A stretch of DNA of 32,000 nucleotides. Source: Promethearchaeota archaeon. Its GTDB lineage: Archaea; Asgardarchaeota; Hermodarchaeia; Hermodarchaeales; Hermodarchaeaceae. The notes under the pieces were generated by a model, which saw only the letters and a list, made by a program, of their open reading frames with translations, was not told the origin of the DNA and searched no databases. A program made the position numbers and the translations under genes. The stretch spans positions 55,978 through 87,977 of the forward strand of contig JBHLMI010000007.1 of the NCBI GenBank assembly GCA_048938295.1, given 5' to 3'. Every line of letters starts with the position of its first letter. Within the stretch, counting starts at the first letter, position 1. This document shows positions 16,995-25,685 of this stretch, one piece after another.

Positions 16995-18535
16995 GTAAAG
17001 TTAAGTGTCTTTACACTCAGGGTCCTCAGATTCACCAGAGGAACGACTCCCGGTGTGGGTTCGATTCCGATTAATTTCTGGTATTCTGTTTGACTTTGAA
17101 ATGTTCCGGAGTTAATCATCAGGGTATTTCGGTAACTACCTACACTTGTCACATGAATGTGCCCGCAGTGTAGAATGTCGGGAACCTCATCGATGACCAG
17201 CCAATCTCGTGGTTCGGCGACGATTGTGGTGCTTTTTCCATAAATAGGCGCAAGGTGGCGTCCCCTCAACATTTCGCGCATAGCGGCATAACCGGCCTCC
17301 ACATCTGGTTTAGAGAGAGCACCCATGATATCTATGAGGCTATCTCCATGGTAGATTAAGAGATTGACACCGTGCAGGCTTACTTGCGCCGGGCACCCCA
17401 AAGACAACACCGATAATCCTGCATCCTTAAGTTGACCTAGGAATTGATCTTCAATTGCAGGTCGAGGGATGGCCACTCTAACCCCATCATGGTTCCCCGG
17501 GGTTATGATAATTTCAATATGATTAGGTATCTCTTCAAGGAGCTGATTTAGTCCGCTAAACTGGCTGTCAAGATCGTATAATAACAATTCGGACAGCTGT
17601 TTTGGGTATACGCCAACACCATCGACCAAATCTCCGTTTATTATGATGTATTTCACTGAATTGGCCAAGGCTATATGGTCATCATCGCCCTCGTTTCCTT
17701 GGAGCCAGTCGAGAAAGCGTCGAAATACCTTATCTAGGAAATGCTGGCTCCCAAAATGGATGTCAGAAAGAAGTAAAGCACTGATATCCTCTTTTGCCCG
17801 GTTGTTCTTTCGGTTTGATGGAGTGTCAGGTAAATATAGGTCATTTGCGATGAGCATATCCGCACCAAATGCAGTGCCCTCAATAACCAGAACCTGGTCC
17901 AGTAAAATCACACTGGCTTTCTTCATAATATTCGGGTCACGTTGTTGGACAATGACTATAATGCGACCCGTTGGATCTTCAACTTCCAAAGCGATGTTTC
18001 CACTTTTTGTCATCGTCTTATTCGTAACTAATCCGATGATCTTCACTGGAGATGTCTTTTCATTTGGGTCGTGTGTGCTAGTTGCATCACGAATATCTGT
18101 AATCCCTCTGCCATCAACCCGTTGAGCGAAAATATCTCGGAGCCGGTAATATCGGTCCTGGAAATTAGCTGCAAAATCCTCGATAGTCCCCTTACCTTTC
18201 AGCTCCGGTGTTGGATCTTTAATGATTCGTATATCCGCCTTAACTCCCTCAGCAACCTTCGTTGAACTAGTGAGTTGTGGGATTTGTATTTCTTGGCTGC
18301 TAGTCTCTTCTCCTTGGAGTATTTCCATGGGTTCTTGCTGAGGAATTTGAAAGTGAAAAGGTTCAAGGACGGGTGTCTCTGTCGGGTGAACGGCATCTGA
18401 GGCTAAAAACCGGTCAACAATCTGTTTTGGATTCTTTTCCATTTGTAGCATCGCTAGGGTAGCCGGACTAATTTGAAACCCCACTTTGAGAAGTTTCGTA
18501 ATTGCATTCTGAACCTTCGAATCGTTTTCTGACAC
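16991..18535 (-). CDS. polB: DNA polymerase D small subunit DP1 (archaeal DNA polymerase II small subunit)
   Basis: OB fold, LSDIHFGS, NGDLVDGVGVYP, PGNHD, YHGDS, RHLAPIYG, CGHIH, NSGTFQSQTEYQ calcineurin-like motifs. Confidence 0.93.
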   Translation of the reverse strand: MSENDSKVQNAITKLLKVGFQISPATLAMLQMEKNPKQIVDRFLASDAVHPTETPVLEPFHFQIPQQEPMEILQGEETSSQEIQIPQLTSSTKVAEGVKADIRIIKDPTPELKGKGTIEDFAANFQDRYYRLRDIFAQRVDGRGITDIRDATSTHDPNEKTSPVKIIGLVTNKTMTKSGNIALEVEDPTGRIIVIVQQRDPNIMKKASVILLDQVLVIEGTAFGADMLIANDLYLPDTPSNRKNNRAKEDISALLLSDIHFGSQHFLDKVFRRFLDWLQGNEGDDDHIALANSVKYIIINGDLVDGVGVYPKQLSELLLYDLDSQFSGLNQLLEEIPNHIEIIITPGNHDGVRVAIPRPAIEDQFLGQLKDAGLSVLSLGCPAQVSLHGVNLLIYHGDSLIDIMGALSKPDVEAGYAAMREMLRGRHLAPIYGKSTTIVAEPRDWLVIDEVPDILHCGHIHVTSVGSYRNTLMINSGTFQSQTEYQKLIGIEPTPGVVPLVNLRTLSVKTLNFT

Positions 18536-18591
18536 TATTCATCGCCTAAATATTCTAGTTGCATTTGTTCAGAGAGGCAATGAGAAGCAAG

Positions 18592-18688
18592 TGGCGCGGA
18601 GTAAGGGACTTGAACCCTTGCGACCAGAAGGTCACTGGATAACCCGATTCAACTCGAGTCCAGCGCGTTACCGCTCCGCCAACTCCGC
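18592..18688 (-). tRNA. tRNA-Ser(CGA) with a 12-nt canonical 37/38 intron (18641-18652), CCA encoded
   Basis: GCGGAGT/ACTCCGC acceptor, G73, long variable arm GACC-TTCT-GGTC, anticodon loop CT-CGA-G[TTGAATCGGGTT]A. Confidence 0.92.
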
Positions 18689-18810
18689 TGAAGACTAGAC
18701 TATGAAAATGGTACCCAATAAACATTCTTTTCTTTACAAGGAATTTTCAGCAACACCCAAACACTTTACTTAGGATAATCAGTTCTCCCATCGCATCAAG
18801 GTGTAACCTC

Positions 18811-19659
18811 ATGACATTAACTAAAGAAGTCATGACGATCCAACGCAAATACAAAATCATCGGACGCACAGATATCATCACTCAATGCCTAGCGGCTGAT
18901 ATGGCAAAGAAGCATTTGCTTATTGAAGGCCCAGTAGGAGTTGGGAAAACGACCATTGCATCTGCAATCACAGATTATCTTGGTCGCACGTTTCTTCGTG
19001 TCGATGGTGATGAACGGTACACGTCTGCAAAACTTGTCGGCTGGTTTGATCCTCCTGTTGTGTTGAAAGACGGTTATACCCGTAACACCTTCATTCCTGG
19101 TCCCCTTGTTGAGACCATGGAAAACGGTGGGGTCCTCTTTATCAACGAAATCAACCGGATGCCTGAAGCCACTCAGAATACACTTCTTCCTGTAATGGAC
19201 GAAGGATGTTTACACGTTCCGAAACTCGGAGAAATCAGAGCAAAAAATGGATTTCGTATTATTGCCACTCAAAATCCTGAAGCAAGCGTAGGGGTCACCC
19301 CGTTAGGTGAAGCTCTTCGTGACCGGTATGTCTGGCTCTATTTAGACTATCATACCGAAGTGGAGGAAAGGGAAATCGTACAGACGAACACGACCATCAA
19401 AGATGAAGAAATCGTCAATATCGCCGTGGCTATCACCCGGGCTACACGTGACCATCCAGATATTCGCCGTGGGTCAAGCGTCCGTGGCGCCCTTGACATT
19501 GCAAGTCTATACACGCAAATACCAGGTAACGGGCAAGTCATTTGGGAACAGGCAGCGATCATGTCTTTAGTTCCAAAAATCGAACTCAATGATAACACCC
19601 AAAAAACACCCGTTGAAATCATTAGGGCGTTAGTCAAAGCAGTTTTAGCAAATTTTTGA
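18811..19659 (+). CDS. MoxR-family AAA+ ATPase
   Basis: GPVGVGKTT, FIPGPL, LFINEINR, IATQNP, ALRDRY, RRGSSVRG. Confidence 0.9.
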   Translation: MTLTKEVMTIQRKYKIIGRTDIITQCLAADMAKKHLLIEGPVGVGKTTIASAITDYLGRTFLRVDGDERYTSAKLVGWFDPPVVLKDGYTRNTFIPGPLVETMENGGVLFINEINRMPEATQNTLLPVMDEGCLHVPKLGEIRAKNGFRIIATQNPEASVGVTPLGEALRDRYVWLYLDYHTEVEEREIVQTNTTIKDEEIVNIAVAITRATRDHPDIRRGSSVRGALDIASLYTQIPGNGQVIWEQAAIMSLVPKIELNDNTQKTPVEIIRALVKAVLANF

Positions 19660-20729
19660 TCTCCGAGGAGGCACCGCCCTCCGATGACGTGCCCATCGTC
19701 CTCTCCGGGACCATCTCAGACGAGAAGCTCTTCGAATCTGAAATCCGTACCAACGGTCGAGACTTTCAATATTATTTGCGGTTAGGCAGAAACTTCGATT
19801 ATACAACAACCAAAGATATGGCTGAAATCGCAATCGAGTTTGGCAACGTTACAGCTCTTCAGGCCCTAGCGCAACTTCAACCAATCGCTACAAGTCAAGC
19901 GATCTCCACCCAGGATGGCGTCCACCTCCTCGCTAAATCCGCACGTGACGGGAACGTAGCAGCACCACTCTTGTTCTTCCAGCTCCGAAACCAAATCCGC
20001 GGGCAATACCGGCATACATTCCGCCAACTCGCACGGGCCACTATAATCCATTCGGCACTAAGAATTAGTGGGGGAGGTCTTCGACCAGAAAAAATCAAAC
20101 AGGTCCCTTTTCAACCCGGGCTAGATGAGTTCGACCTTGAAGCAACCTTGGAAGAAACACTGCTCAAACCCGAGTATGTAAACTATAATGACATTATCGG
20201 CATTGATCGGGTTGCACGCAAAAAAGTGGGAACAATCATCCTTGACACCTCAGGTTCCATGGCTGGAACTAAACTCCTCACTGCCGCAACCGCGGCTGCC
20301 GTTGCTGCTTATCACCTCCGTCACGATAAATACGCCCTCATCGCCTTCAACACCGTAGCTAGCACCATCAAGACTATGGACCAATACACAACTATAGACC
20401 AAATAGTCGATACCATCCTCGACACCGAGCCTGCTGGTTACACCAACATCTCCGACGCTCTCAGACTAGCCCATAGTCAATATAAACGGATAAATCAACG
20501 TGAATCTTGGGCCATCCTCATCACCGATGGCATCGCTAATCGGGGTGGCCCTCCAGAACCTGAAGCCCGGAGATATCATAATCTTCATGTCCTACAAACA
20601 CCGGGAACCCACCCCCAAGGGGAAGAAACCTGTCAACAAATCGCCAGACTTGGACGTGGACGTCACCTAAAAGTCAATACCTATACCGAAGTACCTCGAG
20701 CCCTTATCCGCCTACTAAGGCACACCTAG
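19656..20729 (+). CDS. von Willebrand factor A (vWA) domain protein, partner of the MoxR ATPase
   Basis: MIDAS DTSGSM, GYTNI, LITDG; DLEATLEE; 4-bp TTGA overlap with MoxR. Confidence 0.88.
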   Translation: MISEEAPPSDDVPIVLSGTISDEKLFESEIRTNGRDFQYYLRLGRNFDYTTTKDMAEIAIEFGNVTALQALAQLQPIATSQAISTQDGVHLLAKSARDGNVAAPLLFFQLRNQIRGQYRHTFRQLARATIIHSALRISGGGLRPEKIKQVPFQPGLDEFDLEATLEETLLKPEYVNYNDIIGIDRVARKKVGTIILDTSGSMAGTKLLTAATAAAVAAYHLRHDKYALIAFNTVASTIKTMDQYTTIDQIVDTILDTEPAGYTNISDALRLAHSQYKRINQRESWAILITDGIANRGGPPEPEARRYHNLHVLQTPGTHPQGEETCQQIARLGRGRHLKVNTYTEVPRALIRLLRHT

Positions 20730-20765
20730 AGTTAACATATAATTACACTGGACAAACTTCGTCTC

Positions 20766-20782
20766 CACGTGCGGGGTACATT
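20766..20782 (+). repeat. 17-bp direct repeat copy 1 (CACGTGCGGGGTACATT)
   Basis: Identical to 25280-25296; both copies lie just downstream of a plus-strand stop codon. Confidence 0.8.
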
Positions 20783-20935
20783 ATGTTCACCATCAGTTTA
20801 CATCGACTAGAGTATAAAACCCCAACAATAATTTCGCACTATAGTATCGAAATATAACTACTACAACGAATATTCTACAAATTAGGCATAAAGCTTAAAT
20901 CACTCTCACGGGTCCATCACTACCAAAAATAACAC

Positions 20936-21013
20936 AGCGGGGTGGGGTAGCCAGGATATCCCGCGGGGCTCATAACCCCGAGATCAATAGTTCAAATCTA
21001 TTCCCCGCTACCA
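20936..21013 (+). tRNA. Initiator tRNA-Met(CAT), CCA encoded
   Basis: A1:U72, AGCGGGG/CCCCGCT acceptor, three consecutive G-C pairs in the anticodon stem, CTCATAA loop. Confidence 0.95.
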
Positions 21014-21042
21014 CTTCTTTTCCACAACAACATAGAAATAAG

Positions 21043-21260
21043 TGGCCCAGGGGCCGTGCCCGACTACCAGATTATACCCCCGGCACTTCCGGACCCTCAA
21101 TCGGCAGTCGGATCCCACACGGGGAGGTGCACAACCCGTACCAGACGAGGCATCCAACCAGTCCAAGGATCGCACACCGCTCAGCCACCCGGAACACGAC
21201 CAAGCAGCCGCGTCAATAATCCCCAGACGGAATCATAGAAAAACTCCACACCCAAAGCCC
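21043..21260 (-). ncRNA. Candidate structured non-coding RNA (~215 nt), family unassigned
   Basis: GC-rich with no credible protein; terminal stem plus several hairpins that pair fully only on the minus strand because of many G-U pairs. Confidence 0.6.
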
Positions 21261-21343
21261 AGGTTTACCTTCCGAATACTATTAAGAAAGTGACGTAAAG
21301 TAATCTAAGCTCATGGGAGAAACAGCAAAGGGTCTTTCCTACA

Positions 21344-23077
21344 ATGACACCTAGCCAGTCACGAGATCAAACTACATTCCTTAGCCAAGCCCAAGCGGAA
21401 GCCATTAACAAATTTGATGCTGTCGCAACTATGATTGAAAACCTCCTCGGGTCATCTCCCATTGACTATTATTCAACTTTGAGTTTTGTATCTTTTCCAC
21501 TCCAACTCAAAGGACCTAGATTCGGTGTAATAGAACACAAAGACAAGAAAGACCAAAATTTTCTACAATTTTCGAAGGACTTACTCACAAAGTATCCAAA
21601 ATACCTCGAGCCAATTCTCTGGCGTGAAGCTTTTCTCCTACACCTGCCTAGTTCTATCCGTAAAGTTTCGCTGGCTGCTGACCTTGGGCTGTACTGTTAT
21701 TACCGTTTCGGGCTCAGAACAAAAAAACAAAAAGACCAGTTCCTCCAAATCTGGCAAACGACTTCACCGCCCATCGATTATACCTTTTACCGCTATTATC
21801 CTACAGCTGGGTTTGAATACTTCGACAATCTTGTTGATGGTAACTTTCTCAAAATGGCAAAACGGTGGTTCAAACCGTTCATCCAAGTGACAATACCGAT
21901 AAGTGAAAAAACGTATACCGAGAACCTCGAGCGATGGATGTTCAATTATCATCGGAACCTTCGTCCCATAGAACACAAAATCCTTTGCGGTTTAAACACT
22001 TGTCTTACCTGCTCACAAACCGAATTGGCAGAAGACCTCAACCTCCGTCAACCAACAATTAGTCAAATAATCAAAAGACTAGCTGAGAAACACCTATTGC
22101 GGTTTATTATCTTCGAAAATTATCCCAAACTTGGGCTCCAGCCCATAACAGTCAATATAATCTTCGCAAAAATGAAAACCGTCGATTCTATTATACGTTT
22201 GTTTTCCCAAGTTCGATATTCACTTGCAATGATGGTATTTGATACTCTGCTCCTTGCAACTTTTTTAATACCTACAGAGCGCGTTAGTCGCTTCCAGCAA
22301 TGGCTAAAACAAATCTCTTCTAGTTTTGATCTTGCGACACCACAGCTAAGTCAAATTTCGGAAAGAATGCATTCCCGAAACTTTAACCTTTACAATCCAC
22401 GAATAGGAGAATGGTCAACAGAAACCGAATCACTCCTTGAGAGCTTTTCCAGATTAATCTCTGAAAAATTAACATCACACCTACCGCCTATCAATTCATT
22501 TAGATTGGCACCATCTACTACGAAAAAAACCCTCAAAATCAAGCAACAAGATTTCATCTACATGCAAAGGGCAACTGAAGCTTATCTAGCTACAAGGCAT
22601 ATGAAGTTTTATGAATCTCATGAGTTGCGAAAAGCTGGTTACAAAGAATCAGAACATATGGCTTATCGGCGACATGTAAAATTTTTAGAAAGAAACGAAA
22701 TTATCAGCCCACCACTCGGAGTAGGATTACTAAATATTGGGTTAAACACAGTAATCCATCTATACCTTGGTTCTTCTAAGGATGAAACAAGACGGATCTT
22801 TACTGCATTCCAACTCTTTCCACATATTTCTTGTATGCTATTGGAAAATGGGGCTGGTGCTGCTACTCTCCCTGTTCCATCAGAAATCGCTGTTTCACTT
22901 ACGGCATCTTTAGAAGGTTTGTTCAGGTCTTTAGAAATTCCTGCAGTCATCACTATGAAACCTGCTTGGAACGCGTATGGGTGGACTTTTCCTCCCGTAT
23001 TAAGTTCGATAAATTTCGAGTTCGAGACTAATCGATGGATCTGGGCTAAAGATACGTTGCCAACACCCCGTATCTAA
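21344..23077 (+). CDS. Large multi-domain winged-helix regulator (WREA N-domain plus duplicated wHTH/Lrp-RAM-like module), paralog 1
   Basis: ILWREAFL, SQTELAEDLNLRQPTISQIIKRL, NYPKLGLQP, C-terminal aromatic motif NFEFETNRWIW. Confidence 0.8.
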   Translation: MTPSQSRDQTTFLSQAQAEAINKFDAVATMIENLLGSSPIDYYSTLSFVSFPLQLKGPRFGVIEHKDKKDQNFLQFSKDLLTKYPKYLEPILWREAFLLHLPSSIRKVSLAADLGLYCYYRFGLRTKKQKDQFLQIWQTTSPPIDYTFYRYYPTAGFEYFDNLVDGNFLKMAKRWFKPFIQVTIPISEKTYTENLERWMFNYHRNLRPIEHKILCGLNTCLTCSQTELAEDLNLRQPTISQIIKRLAEKHLLRFIIFENYPKLGLQPITVNIIFAKMKTVDSIIRLFSQVRYSLAMMVFDTLLLATFLIPTERVSRFQQWLKQISSSFDLATPQLSQISERMHSRNFNLYNPRIGEWSTETESLLESFSRLISEKLTSHLPPINSFRLAPSTTKKTLKIKQQDFIYMQRATEAYLATRHMKFYESHELRKAGYKESEHMAYRRHVKFLERNEIISPPLGVGLLNIGLNTVIHLYLGSSKDETRRIFTAFQLFPHISCMLLENGAGAATLPVPSEIAVSLTASLEGLFRSLEIPAVITMKPAWNAYGWTFPPVLSSINFEFETNRWIWAKDTLPTPRI

Positions 23078-23212
23078 ATATGAATTTGATTCCTAGAGAT
23101 CCATTGATTGCAATCTAGCGCACAAAATGATTTGATATTTGAAGATTTCTTTCCGTTTTTTTGCAGATATTTCTTGGTCTTTATACCAGTCACTCAGAAC
23201 GAAATGGTAATT

Positions 23213-23336
23213 GAACATTATACGGAGGCATCCTATCCTTTGTGGCCCCCTTCTCGTCCTGAACCATTCTAAAACAAAGAACCGAACATTATACGGAGGC
23301 ATCCTATCCTTTGTGGCCCCCTTCTCGTCCTGAACC
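23213..23336. repeat. Perfect 53-bp direct repeat x2 (23213-23265, 23284-23336) with an 18-bp spacer
   Basis: GAACATTATACGGAGGCATCCTATCCTTTGTGGCCCCCTTCTCGTCCTGAACC occurs twice. Confidence 0.95.
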
Positions 23337-23389
23337 TGACCAAGATTAGAAACCAGGATGATCAAATACCAAGACCCTAGAATAACAAA

Positions 23390-23410
23390 AGGAAACCAAA
23401 TTGGTTTCCT
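23390..23410. promoter_or_regulatory. Perfect 21-bp palindrome AGGAAACCAA-A-TTGGTTTCCT (operator or terminator-like)
   Basis: 55 bp upstream of the paralog 2 start; followed by a pyrimidine/T tract. Confidence 0.6.
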
Positions 23411-23465
23411 CTCCTCTTTTTTATCCCTTTCACCGTAATCGGAAGGTACAATTAGCCTAACATCT

Positions 23466-25232
23466 GTGTCTAATCGTTGCTTGGATGGTTGGGCTATGTC
23501 GTCGGCGTCTCGTGAGTTATTTCAGGAATTCCATCGCAAACAAGACGTGCTAGCGAAGATATTAGATCTTGAGGTCTTGCCCCGCCGGAAAGATCGACTA
23601 CTCCATTTCTCGTGGAGCGATGTCCCATTGGTCTATGATCGGCCCCGGTTTGGCGTACTTGAAAGTGAACTCGCTGACAGCCTTCATGGTGGATGGCAGA
23701 TTAAGCTGGCTCAGGGGTTCCAAGACGCTGAGACGTATGTGTTGGACTGGGTGCTTTGGCGGGAAGCCCTCCTTGGTTTTTTGCTTCCGCATCAGCGGCA
23801 TATCCCCGAAGCCGCCGACCTTGGCCTGTATGCAGGCCTTCAATATGGGAAATTCACCGAATCAGACCGTGAAGCCCTCACAGTATTATGGAAGCAGGTC
23901 TCTCCGCCCCAACATTTCCAGCATTACATCTATGATGGACCCTTTGGGTTTCCGCTTTTTGACCAAGTCGTCTCCGGTTTCTTTCTCCAACGGGTTATAC
24001 CATGGTTAAATACGCTTCGTCGAACAGCTACCGGGGCGACCTTGACCACGGCAACCTACACTGCTGCTTTGGAACGCTGGATGCTTGAAACTCACATTAC
24101 CCTCACCGAACCTGAACACCAGATCCTTACTGCGCTGAGCCGCCTTACCACCCCTCTCCATCAAAGTCGGCTCGCTGAGGAGCTCAACATGAGTGTCTCC
24201 GGGCTCAGCCAACACCTCACTGCCCTGGCACAACGACACGCTCTTCGGCTCAACCATTTCATCAACCTTCCTCTCATAGGTCTCACACCTTACGAGCTTC
24301 TCATCCACGCCCCTAGCCAACAAACTCGCCAACGTATTGTCAAACTCTTTAGCCAAATCCGTTACACCTGGTTCATCAACCCAATCCAAAATCACCACCT
24401 CCATTGTCGTGTCTTCATACCCACCAGAAACACAGAAGAATTTCAAGACTGGCTCGCAGAACTTGCTAAACAACATGATCTCTTGCCTATTGAGCCCTTT
24501 CGAACAGCGGGTATCATACAAACCTGGAACTTCGGCATCTACACTCCTAACCAGGGATGGATTGAAGACTTTGCATTTCAATTTCATCTATTGCAAGCCA
24601 TCTTCGACGATGAATATACTTCTCCACTGCCCCCCATTTCCTCATCATCGATGTCTTATGAGCTTTTAGAAGACAAACAGAAATATCCAATCGCGTTACG
24701 TCATGAAGATTTCACTTATTTTCTCCGGGCTGCTGATATCCATCAAATCACCGACAGCATCACTTCTCACGCCTCTACAGAGCTGCAAGAGGCTGGCATC
24801 TCCCAAACTGCCCATATGGTTTACAGGAGACGGATTAAGCAATTGGAGAAGATGAAGGTTAGTTCGGTGAAAGGCATGTTTCCTCTGCATTTGGGGCTTG
24901 ATTCAGTACTCCAGATCTATGTGAACGAATCACGAGTAATAACTGAGCAAGTACAAAAGGCGTTGAGTGTGTTTCCTAATCTAAATGGATTGAATTTTGA
25001 TAATGGTTACGGAATGATCTTCTTGTATATTCCAAATCCTTGCGCAGTAGAGGTCGTATCTGAAATACGTAAGTTGTTTTCTATGAATGACATTGATTCA
25101 ACTATCGAGGCAAAACCTTCTTGGCAATCAATAACTGGATTTGAATATCCAGTTAACCTTCGTAATTATGACACTGAAAAAAGAGAATGGAAGTGGGAGC
25201 GAACTACTCTACCAAAACCTGGTTCGATGTAA
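23466..25232 (+). CDS. Large multi-domain winged-helix regulator, paralog 2
   Basis: VLWREALL, EAADLGLY, HQSRLAEELNMSVSGLSQHLTAL, NLPLIGLTP, NYDTEKREWKW. Confidence 0.8.
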   Translation: MSNRCLDGWAMSSASRELFQEFHRKQDVLAKILDLEVLPRRKDRLLHFSWSDVPLVYDRPRFGVLESELADSLHGGWQIKLAQGFQDAETYVLDWVLWREALLGFLLPHQRHIPEAADLGLYAGLQYGKFTESDREALTVLWKQVSPPQHFQHYIYDGPFGFPLFDQVVSGFFLQRVIPWLNTLRRTATGATLTTATYTAALERWMLETHITLTEPEHQILTALSRLTTPLHQSRLAEELNMSVSGLSQHLTALAQRHALRLNHFINLPLIGLTPYELLIHAPSQQTRQRIVKLFSQIRYTWFINPIQNHHLHCRVFIPTRNTEEFQDWLAELAKQHDLLPIEPFRTAGIIQTWNFGIYTPNQGWIEDFAFQFHLLQAIFDDEYTSPLPPISSSSMSYELLEDKQKYPIALRHEDFTYFLRAADIHQITDSITSHASTELQEAGISQTAHMVYRRRIKQLEKMKVSSVKGMFPLHLGLDSVLQIYVNESRVITEQVQKALSVFPNLNGLNFDNGYGMIFLYIPNPCAVEVVSEIRKLFSMNDIDSTIEAKPSWQSITGFEYPVNLRNYDTEKREWKWERTTLPKPGSM

Positions 25233-25279
25233 TTCACTCCTCTTAAGATTCTTTTATATTATTTATGAAGGAAATGGGT

Positions 25280-25296
25280 CACGTGCGGGGTACATT
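25280..25296 (+). repeat. 17-bp direct repeat copy 2 (CACGTGCGGGGTACATT)
   Basis: Identical to 20766-20782. Confidence 0.8.
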
Positions 25297-25685
25297 GTTT
25301 AGATGCCTCCGAGAGATTGGTACTACTAGGGGCGCTCTGAAAACCGTATATAAAGACGAAAAAACCGGTGCAAAAAAGCCAATGAATCCCATCTGCATGA
25401 TGGAATTATTTTGCATACGAAAGTTCGGTTACGTATCCCATTTTCATACGGGAAGGATGCCGAAAACAATGGAAATCGAAGCGGCGTTCTGAAGCCGATT
25501 TTTGCATTAAGCTTGGATGAACCCATGAAAGTAGATCTCTGTTCGTTTTCAGGCATATTTCGAACAGTTACGCGATAAGTCGGGTTTTCGGGCTCTCCTA
25601 ATACATCGTTCACTTATCGCCAACTCTGTCTGCGCTTTTATTACACCCGCTCAATGTTCAAAATACAGCGAACGGAGAAAAAAGG

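Noticed and set aside
21042-21293. 83-aa and 60-aa plus-strand ORFs over the GC-rich region
   Set aside because: Pro/Arg-rich composition typical of shadow ORFs; the region is better explained by minus-strand RNA structure
21043-21330. RNase P, SRP, 5S rRNA, FMN/TPP riboswitch or group II intron domain V identity
   Set aside because: Only short partial look-alikes (GGUCCGGAAG, UUUACCUUCCGAA, GAGCGGUGUGCG); the defining conserved cores and pairings are absent by eye
23213-23336. CRISPR array
   Set aside because: Only two units, a 53-bp repeat and an 18-bp spacer do not fit CRISPR geometry; no cas1 or effector genes
23093-23365. 90-aa minus-strand ORF across the duplication
   Set aside because: Reads the repeat in two different frames; no recognisable protein features
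24006-24587. 193-aa antisense ORF inside paralog 2
   Set aside because: Explained as a shadow ORF of the C-rich codon usage on the plus strand
23223-25311. 10-bp inverted repeat CGGAGGCATC / GATGCCTCCG flanking paralog 2 as mobile-element ends
   Set aside because: Too short to exceed chance; no transposase or target-site duplication
25265-25613. Overlapping 75-aa (+) and 95-aa (-) ORFs
   Set aside because: No motifs, weak starts and mutually overlapping; cannot support either as a gene
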